A stretch of DNA of 32,000 nucleotides, taken from contig NW_008806282.1 of assembly GCF_000400465.1 (NCBI RefSeq), forward strand, positions 360,001 through 392,000, in the 5' to 3' direction. A program made the translations under genes and the position numbers. This DNA comes from Wallemia ichthyophaga EXF-994 (taxonomy: Eukaryota > Fungi > Basidiomycota). The notes below the pieces were generated by a model. The model made no database searches. It was not told the DNA's origin and saw only the letters and a program-made list of their open reading frames with translations. This document shows, one piece after another, positions 22,950-31,701 of this stretch (position 1 is its first letter; the number at the start of each line of letters is the position of its first letter).

Positions 22950-24954
22950 CTAGTTGGTCGTGAACTTGTACTCATCGTCAATGTTTAAGTTGCTAAGGTT
23001 CTTCTTCATTGTCTCCGGAGTGTTGAATGGGAAGAGCGCGTAGACACTGTCTGGGCTGAGCGTGTTTGGAAGGGTGTTAGCAAGGAGCGTAACAAGCATA
23101 CCACCGAAAGCCTTGTTTTCGTTGTCTGGTTGGATGTAGTTGAAACCCCATGTGGTGAGTGCCTTAGGCGTGCAGTCGTTGGTGAGGAATCTGTCACTAC
23201 GAACCAATGAAACGGCATCTGAAAGAATAGCTCTTGAGACGGTGAATCCTGGACAGAGACCGCTGCCTTCAATTGGTGGCTTTTGCTCCTCTGCAAGTAA
23301 ACCTGGGTATAATTCGAGGTTGTCAATGTGACCATACAACTCTCTGGCTGCTTGGGCAACCTCTTTGTCAGAGTTCCACTCTTCAAATGACTTGAACGTG
23401 GTTAATGACATGGCCTTTCTGAACTCGTTCATGGTACACAAGCCCCAAACATCTCTGGCTTGCTTCATACCCATCATATCAACAACCTTCAATACGGTTG
23501 GTGTACCTCTTGCTCTGAATGATGCAGCTGGTTCATCAATGGCCTGCTTCAACACACCAACAAGGTCTGTATTCTTGAATGCACCATCTGAATTACGGTG
23601 CAATCCTGGAATTTCGCGCTTGGCTGGGTCGTCTCCAGCCATCTTCGCCAAATTGTATGCCTTCTCGTGGAAGTCCTTTGGAGTGATCTTGTCAAAGTCA
23701 CAGTCTGGACCAAAGATCTTCTTGAAGAAGCCTTCAGTCCACTTGGTGTCAGACTTTGACAAAACTGAGTGCCATCTGTAGAGAACGTTGAATTCAACAG
23801 ATACAGCACCACCGTTACCAGCTTCCAATGGAGCTTGACCCATCTGGTGTACTTCAGCCCGTGGGTCGAGAACCCATGTTGACTTTGAGCGAGTAAGGCC
23901 TAAGATAGCTCTCAAGTAGTCGTGAAGGACAACATTTGCGAAGAAGGCACAGTTGACGAGCTTAGCGGTGTGGAAAAGATCTTGGTCTTGCTTCTTCTTT
24001 TGCTCGTCGTCAAGTTGGTTCCATGGCTTGTACCATCCTCTCTCGTTCTCTCTGAACAAGTTGTCGACAATGTAGTTGTGGTTTCTCGAAATAAGAATGA
24101 GGAGAGTGGTAATGGCTGGTGGCATCATGAACAATCTTGACTCGGAGATTGTGTCTGGCTTGAGTTTACCATTGTCGAATGAACGAACGGAGTGTTCCTC
24201 TTGGTCGTTGTTACCATAGACAATAGCCAAGTCGATGTATGAAGAGGTACCGTTGATGGCAGAGTTACGCGTGTCAGTTCTGAAGATGGTGTGGATAACA
24301 CAGGTAGCAAAGTTGAAGAAAAGGGCTGAAAGACCAGTTGGGTGTTCCAAGAAGTCACCTTCTCTTCTACGCAGGAGCTTGTCAAAGACATCTTCTGGGG
24401 ATGGAAGTGGTTGGGAGTAGACGTGCTTCGATGAGACATTACGCGCGTAAGCTGTAAGACGGAATTAGTTAAGCGTGTCTTACTATGACATCATATAAAC
24501 TCACGGGTGCCGGCTCTGCCCAATGAAGGCATGAATGGGTTGTTGAGCGCGCCGTCTGCGTGTCTCACACGTAAAGAACCTTGTACAACTTCGTTGCCGT
24601 TGAAAGGCTGATCACCGACGTAACAGAGTGGTGGGTGAGGAAGGTCTTGCCAGAGCATTTTAATGAATTTACCAGTGAGTTGGTCATTCTCTGGGGTTGA
24701 CTGACGTGTGTGAGTGTGTTGAGCTTGGTGAGACAATATCAACCTACAGGAATAGTTGAAAGTACACCGACCATTCTTTCAAGCAAGAACTCTCTGTCAT
24801 TCTGTGAACCGCCATTGGCAGCAGTCTTAAAGAGGTCATGCATCATGCCAATATCTTGGATAACCTTTCCACTCTTGATTTGAGAAGCAATGTTCCCAAG
24901 CAAGTTCCAGATTGGCCTAAAGACTGATTGGTTTGTTTTGTCGTTTGGTGCCAT
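22950..24954 (-). CDS. Heme fatty-acid dioxygenase of the Ppo/linoleate diol synthase family, peroxidase-cyclooxygenase domain only (about 634 aa)
   Basis: Exons 24954-24748, 24700-24505 and 24451-22950. Motifs LWQDLPHPP, R.ADG..NN..P.LG.AGTPYAR, distal His (VIHTIFRTD), SYIDLAIVYG, VEFNVLYRWH (catalytic Tyr and proximal His), ELYPGL and SDAVSLVRSDRF. Confidence 0.9.
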
Positions 24955-25379
24955 TTTTCGTTGTGGTGGAAGTTTAAGTTCAAGGAAGAGACAATTGCAC
25001 CACACAAATGTACGTCAGATTTATGACATTCCAACCTTATTCATATTTAGGTGGAGGTGAAGTTTTTATTAAAAAACGCTCTAAATGAACGAGCGTGGCT
25101 GTTTCGCATATAGATTTCACATTGAACCTGCGGCAGCTGTAAAATCTGATATGCGTGCCTTAATAAAACCCTGACGTTCATGACGCAGATACAAAGGCTG
25201 CGATGGAAATGAAGCCACGTGAACATAGCCTATATACTTTAAAGTCGTAGGAATTTTATGCAAGACAAGGCTGTTTCACTATCTGCCCGACGCACGGCCA
25301 CTCCGCATTTCAGTCGGCCAATCAGCTTTCGATCATTAATTTAAGCGCGTTTGAATATTTTACCACTCGTGCTAAGATA
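24955..25379. promoter_or_regulatory. Probable shared bidirectional promoter of the dioxygenase and heme-thiolate peroxidase
   Basis: 425 nt between two divergent ATGs, much longer than the other three divergent ATG-ATG gaps in the window (10, 18 and 82 nt). Contains TGACGT-type elements at 25012-25017 (minus) and 25172-25177 (plus). Confidence 0.5.
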
Positions 25380-26585
25380 ATGTCATCTGCAGAAACGCAG
25401 CCCAAGCCACAAGCATCTGCGTGCGAGGACTACCAAGTGAACAGGTTCTTAGGACTCTGGAACAGGATCAAAGGTGTTGTAACGTTACCACCGAAATTGC
25501 TGCCATTCCTCATCCTTCACACCCTTGATCCGATTCTATTCCTCCTCAATATCCTAACTATCCCCTTCCCAAGAGCTAAGCCTGAATCTCAACACAAATG
25601 GACGCTTGCCGATAGAATGTTGGCCAAGGCATGTCAATGGAGTGGTTGGGGTAAGATCACTGAATCTGACAAGAAGATGATCCTCTCTGCCCTCAATAAC
25701 TACGCTGCACCCGGCGAAGAAGACTCACGTTCCCCATGTCCTGGTCTCAACGCTATGGCCAATCACGGTGAGTGTAATATATGTCAGTTTACCAACGCAC
25801 TGACACACACAGGATTCATTCCACGCCACGGCAAGCACGTATCTCTCTCCGTTATCTGCGTTGCCATCAAGAAGACTTATGATTTCGCTCCGACGTTTGC
25901 ATACCAACTGACGTCAGCTGCCGGCTTCATTTCCAAATCTTCCGGCGACGGCAAGACATGGTTAGATTTGAAAGACATCGAAGCGCCAAATGTGATTGAG
26001 CACGATGCATCTTTGTTGCGTGAGTGGAGGTAGTTCTCAATTTTTCCGCTAACTAGTGTACAGGCCATGACCGCATGTTCCAGCCAAATCAAGGTGCACC
26101 AGCTGTAGACCTCTGCGAGCGCACACTCCAGTTTGCGCACCCACCAAAGCAGCCAGGTGCACCAGGCAAGAAGGGCAAGTCGTGTCTCAACACGGAATCC
26201 ATGTCCAAGGCTCTCTACGAACGTAGGCTCATTTGCTCATCCGATCAAGATCCAAACCGCGAGAACAAAGTCAGAAACGGCCAGTACTTCTTGCCAGGTA
26301 AGCTCAAGATATTCGGCGCCGGTAACTCGGCTATCCCACTCATTCTCTGGGATGGTAGACAAGATTACATCAGACCTTTCTTCGTCGAAGAGCGCTTGGC
26401 TTACAGAGAGGGATGGCACCCATACACCCGTGAAGATCCTGCTGGATTCTTCGGTCTCTCGTTCATGTACTTTATGTGAGTTAGGTACTTGCGAATACAC
26501 GCAGCTAATGATGCAACGCAGGCTTGTATTCGCAACCATCGAGCATGGCGTTGGTAACATCTTCACCAAGAAGAAAAAAGATTAA
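25380..26585 (+). CDS. Heme-thiolate peroxidase (chloroperoxidase / short unspecific peroxygenase family), about 356 aa
   Basis: Exons 25380-25767, 25813-26019, 26064-26475 and 26522-26585 (introns 45, 44 and 46 nt). Proximal motif RSPCPGLNAMANHGFIPR, IEHDASLLR.D, and FF.EERL..EGW.P. Confidence 0.9.
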
Positions 26586-26616
26586 TGCGATATCTGACGT
26601 TTAATGATGAACTTTT

Positions 26617-27788
26617 TTAATTTATCGATATGTCTTTAAATCCAATTACATGTTTCAGTATATCGCTCAGCGCGACGATACCTACGAGTGCGCCTTTCCT
26701 CCTGATTTGCCCATTAGGCAGCGTCTTATCCTCATCTTCGACCATCACCAAGCGATGAACCCTCCTCTTGGCGATGAGTGAAAAGACATTCGCCAGTGTC
26801 TCCTTTGGTGAGCAAGTGATGACACCGGGGAACTCGGCAGATCTCTGCGCTAACGCCGATGAGATTGTTAAATCGAGTGACTGATAGCTGCCTAGCCTGA
26901 CTAGCGTAATAACATCCACAGTCTCATAAAGATTAATCACTGCACCCTCCTCGTCGACGATGGGTACTGCAGAGATACCCTTGGCGGAAAACTGGTGAAC
27001 GACGTCAAAGACAGTAGTATCCATGGTGGCTACTGCTAATGGTTCAAGTGAAGTATCACTATTAGACGCGTATGTGCCTATATTCAACTCCAGTAGTGTT
27101 TTCTGTAATCCAAGTGTTTCCTTGCAATTCATGGCTATAAATTTGAGCACTCTGTACTGAGTAAGCACCGAGAGGACGACCTCAACATCCGTTCTATCGT
27201 CATGATCAATTAGGGGAAGTCTCCGGGCATGGGATGTCATTAGAATGTGACACGCTTCGAGTAGAGGACGCATCGGATGTATGGAGTGAAGAGGAGGAGG
27301 CAAAACTTCTATAGCGGTTTCGATATCTTGAATAGTCAGCCAGGCTAATGCAACAAGTCGAAACTCACCTCTGAGGTTACCTAACGTCAGCTGCTCGACA
27401 TCGTCAGCCGCGCCCTCGTAAGAGCTGGTAGTAGCATAGTAGTATTGCATCAAGTGTACTAGATCTGAAATAGTCAACATTCCAGCGAACTTGCTTTCAA
27501 CGGATGACCAAAGCGGGGCGGAGACTACGCCTGAGAGGGTATCAACAGGGGAACACTATAAGCACCCAAACACCACGCACCATTCTGAACCAAAGCATTC
27601 AAAGCCTTAATAACTTGTAGCCGCGTATCGAAAACAATCATTTTCGATGAAACGGGTAAGATTGATAAACAGTCCTTTGATTGTAGGAAAGTGCGTATAG
27701 CCTCAATAGATTTATCATGATCAACAGGCGTCCGCTGTACTGTATTCCTACGCGGTCTGCCTTGAATTGGAATAGCGGGTGTACTCAT
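26617..27788 (-). CDS. SNF4: AMPK/Snf1 gamma subunit (CBS domains)
   Basis: LPVSSKMIVFDT.L..KALNAL.QNG|VVSAPLWSS..FAGMLTISD, HPMRPL.EAC, LTQYRVLKFIA.NC, GISAVPIV and RRVHRLV. Includes an in-frame 42-nt intron at 27368-27327. Confidence 0.93.
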
Positions 27789-27865
27789 CAATGATGACGA
27801 TACGAGAGCAAGGTATTTGTGAAGAATGAGATTTATTTGAGTAACAAATGTATTTATAATCAATT

Positions 27866-28586
27866 TTAGACTGATTCTTTGGGTTTGTTAGTGGATAAAG
27901 CCATCAAGACATTAAAAACTCACGCTTAATGAGGTTGTTAAGCTTGTTTACCTTGCTAGCAACAGACAAGTCAACAGTCTTCTCACCAAACTCAACGACG
28001 AGCCCGCCAAGGAGCGCTGGGTTCACTTTGCTGACAAACTTAATCTTCTTTCCTTCTGCAGCGATTGATGAGTTTTTAAGTGTAGCTTCAAGACGTGATT
28101 GGAGCTTGGAATCGAGCTCTTGAGCTGACTCAACAACAACCTCTACATCGCCATTGTGGGCGCTGATGAGCTTCTCAAACTCTTCAACGACCTTTGAGGT
28201 TGAAGCGAGTCTACCATTCTCTGAGAGAGTAGACAGGAGGTTCTTGGTGATTTCAGACTTGGCACCAGAGAACTTGAGAGCCTCTTCAATGCCTTGTACA
28301 CGTGCATCGTTGGAGAGTGTTGGGTTGGTAATGAGGTCCAACAACTTGTCGTTCTTTGGAATCGAAGCTTTCAATCCGCTCAATTCTGTGGCAACTTGAG
28401 TGAGCGACTTTGGTGACTCCTTCAATGCCGCTGTGTACGCTGCAGTTGCGTACTTTCCTGGAAGCGAGTAGAGGGTAATTGGTGGCTAAATTTTATTAGA
28501 AAAGCCACAAAACGTTACCAAATACTCACGGAAACCTTTGCTTGAGTTGCGTAGCCTCTAACGCTGTTGAAAGATCTATTCATCAT
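27866..28586 (-). CDS. ATP5: Mitochondrial ATP synthase OSCP subunit
   Basis: Presequence MMNRSFNSVRGYA; intron 28529-28486; PPITLYSLPGKYATA, NLLSTLSENGRL, VNPALLGGLVVEFGEKTVDLSV; final intron ending at 27877, last exon QSV*. Confidence 0.95.
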
Positions 28587-29037
28587 GGTGGTTATGGTGC
28601 AGAGACGAGATATCCACAAAGAATCTTAATGGACTTGTGATCCACTCTATCACACTCACAAACCACTCACAAACTCTTTCATCCTACTTTAATCTTTTTT
28701 ACGACTCTTCTGTGTCGCTTCTGCGATGAGCTCCGAGATTGATCCATAGGGCAATCCAACTTGGAATTGACAAGTTTGATTCTTTAGTCTTTAATTTCTT
28801 CATCTTTGAAATATGTTCATCCTTTTCAAGCTGATTTTTATTTCCTGGCCACCGTCTCAACGCTATAGCTAAACATACTTGTATAATACAATGCAATAAA
28901 TTATTATTTAATAGGAACTTAAGAAACTTATTTACATCTTGACAGCAGAGATCAGCTAGTTACCGATCAAGCTTTGCTTTTCACCATTCAATCTTCTGAC
29001 TCATTTTTATACATTAATCTTTATTGTAATCATTAAT

Positions 29038-29408
29038 CTAGCATTCATCGCTGTCGTTGTATCCGCAATTCGTTGCTGCTACTTTACCTCCTTGCTTGCG
29101 ACACCATGCAGACAGACCAGCGATATCTCTGTCATTTCTTTCGAATCCGCGGTATGTCAGACGACAATAGTCACAGTTACAGCCGAACATATTACAACTG
29201 TGGCAGCTATGCCATGCGCAGGAGTTGTTTGGTACACCGCTTTGAATTCCTAGGTAATGTTAGCAAAATGAATGTCATTGAAAGACTTGTTCTTACCTGA
29301 AATGAGCTTGCCATTTGCATCTTTGCATCGATAGTCGCATCTGCCTTTGTTTTCAGCCTGGACAGCGAGAAAGATTGATGAAATGACGATAAGCTTCGAA
29401 AATATCAT
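29038..29408 (-). CDS. Small secreted cysteine-rich protein, array copy A (107 aa, 11 Cys)
   Basis: Exons 29408-29297 and 29249-29038, 47-nt phase-1 intron (gtaaga..gctaac..ctag). MIFSKLIVISSIFLAVQA/ENKGRCDYRCKDANGKLISGIQSGVPNNSCAWHSCHSCNMFGCNCDYCRLTYRGFERNDRDIAGLSAWCRKQGGKVAATNCGYNDSDEC*. Signal peptide judged by eye. Confidence 0.88.
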
Positions 29409-29836
29409 CTTGATTGTGCTTAAATAAGCCTCAATTTCAGTTCCTTGTATTTATGTCGTTGCCTCGGCACAGGTCATCACATGTGAATGAGAAATGAATG
29501 GAGTTTCAGAACATCAAACTGAGACATAAAGGCGCCAAAAGTTCGCAGTAGCGAGCCTGAAAAACATTCTTTTCTAAGAAAAAAAATATTTGTTGACCAT
29601 TAATTTCGGCCATCGATGTTAACTTCTTTCGCAGTCAAAATTTATAACTTTCCAACCAAGCCAAAGTTACCGATGACCAGCATATTCCAAGTCGTTTGAA
29701 TGCTTTCGATTGTAATTTGGTGAAGGAAAAATGTCTTCAGACCATATCTTAACGTTTTGTGTGGCGAGAATAATAGATTCAAATTTGCACATGAATGTCA
29801 TCGTTTGATTGTCATAAAGAGTTTTACAGTTATCCA

Positions 29837-30189
29837 GAATTCTTTACTAAAACAACTATCGCAGTATGTTTCTTTTATTTCACCTTCTCGTCTGTAGCAC
29901 CAGCTATCAATTTTACTAACGGGCTTATCGCTAGGGTAATTGAAAGTCGGCAATCGTCGCAGTTATTACCTAATATATTACAAATGTGGCAGCTATTCCA
30001 CTAACACCTATCGTCGTATATGGCGCTTTGAATGCCTATATATACTTTCAGTATGTTGAAGGTTTTCAAATTGTCCACTATTACCTGTAATGTGGGGGCC
30101 ATTTGAACCCATTCACCAATATTTGCACCTCTCTGCATAATAATTATGGAGATGTACAATGCAGATTTTGCGATGGTATGTTTCGTACC
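29837..30189 (-). pseudogene. Decayed copy of the small secreted Cys-rich gene family
   Basis: Same phase-1 intron position (30084-30036). The ATG is missing after the conserved ACTCGATCAAG context. TGA replaces Cys2 (30115-30113), there is an in-frame TAG (30003-30001) and a frameshift near 29943, and the terminal Cys is lost. Residual motifs: GIQSA..C*WNSCHICNILGNNCDDCRL and SWCYRREG..TYC. Confidence 0.85.
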
Positions 30190-30614
30190 CTTGATCGAGT
30201 ACTTCGTAATGCTCAGTCACCATCCTTCCTGGTGTCTCTGAATACTTTACAGTTTATATCACTGAAGCAGCATTAACAGTGAGAGTGGTTAAGGCAATGG
30301 CAATTAGTTTTGAAAAGATTTTGTTTAAAGATCTACAAGGAAAAACTATCATTTATAGCTCTGACACCTGTCATTGCGTCGATACGTCGTCACGGTAGAC
30401 AAAGCTGAGACAGGTTGTATAATTCAGGTTGTAGCATTAATGCGCTCGAAAAGCACTATTTCTACGGCATTTATTCACTTTCAGCAAACGAGGTCAAATT
30501 CTGACAGCAGAGATCATTTAGTTACCAATCAAGCTATCTTCTTATTCCTGAGACGAATACCTATTCATCGCTTTTGTTTGTTTTTACACATTACTCCTCA
30601 TTAAGACTATTCCT

Positions 30615-31002
30615 CTAGCAGTATTGGTTATCTATCCTGGTAGAGCAATTTTCAATTTCCCATTCCCCTCCTTGATGGTTGCACCACTCTTTAAAACCTT
30701 CAATATCTCTTTGGTTTCTGTTAGGCCCGCTTTCTGTCAGACGGCAGAAGTCACAGTTGTAGCCGAATATGTTGCAACTGTGACAAGCATGCGAGGAGCA
30801 GTAGCTGTCTGGTATACCGTTTTGAACTCCTAGATAATTGTAAGAAGATCAAAACTTCGAAGGACTGTTTCTTACCTGTGATTCGCGTTTCAAATTTATC
30901 ACGGCTATAGCACATGAAGGAGCATTGTGTATTTCTATGACGATTGCGAGCGTTTACTGCGAGAAACACTGAGAAAATAGCGACAAGCTTCGAAAACAAC
31001 AT
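30615..31002 (-). CDS. Small secreted cysteine-rich protein, array copy B (113 aa, 10 Cys)
   Basis: Exons 31002-30876 and 30829-30615, 46-nt phase-1 intron. MLFSKLVAIFSVFLAVNA/RNRHRNTQCSFMCYSRDKFETRITGVQNGIPDSYCSSHACHSCNIFGYNCDFCRLTESGPNRNQRDIEGFKEWCNHQGGEWEIENCSTRIDNQYC*. TATAAA at 31043-31038. Confidence 0.9.
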
Positions 31003-31701
31003 CTTGATCGAGTGAAAAAAGGCCATATTCACAACTATTTATACTTCTGTCATACGTCATTACCTCGGCACAGGCTCTCTCACAAGTGTATGACAATTGA
31101 ATGAACTTACGAAATGTCAGACTGAAACAGGAAAATCGCAATAGTTCTGCAGTACCGAGCCTAAGTTTTTGCCCTCAACTTTCGGTAAACGATGTCAAGA
31201 TCTTTGACAGCATATTAATAATTTGCCAACAAAGCTAAATTCACCGATGATTCGCTTATTTCAGGTTGTTCGAATGCTTTTGGCTGTGATGTTTCTAGAC
31301 CATGTCTTAACTTTTTGCGTGGCTAACATATTATATGCAAAGTCCCAGGTATATGTTCTGATCTCATTGTCATAGTCATTGTATAATACGTCATTGATGA
31401 AGCTTTAAATTGAGTTAAAGTTTCTGTGATTAAGTCCGATAGAATTATGGACACTATACTAAAAATGCAGCTCGTCATTACGGTAACTAGAGCTGAATCG
31501 TGTTGTACGATGTTGAAGCAAGAGCTTCAGGTGCAGCATTCACTATAAATACTTTCGAAATACACTATCTACGCTACAATCAATCCACTTTTGGCCAACG
31601 AGGTCAAATGTTTGATATTTAAGATTAATGATTTAGTTCGTATTTATGGACAAATTTATTTACTCCTTGTTCTATTATTCTCCAATTGTAGCATCCTTTA
31701 T

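Noticed and set aside
3200-26585. HEM14 clustered with the two heme enzymes as a heme-supply module
   Set aside because: They are about 18 kb apart and separated by many unrelated housekeeping genes.
28620-28940. 65-aa ORF 28699-28896 or a possible fifth array copy
   Set aside because: No signal peptide, Cys pattern or family splice context was found; it appears to be AT-rich spacer.
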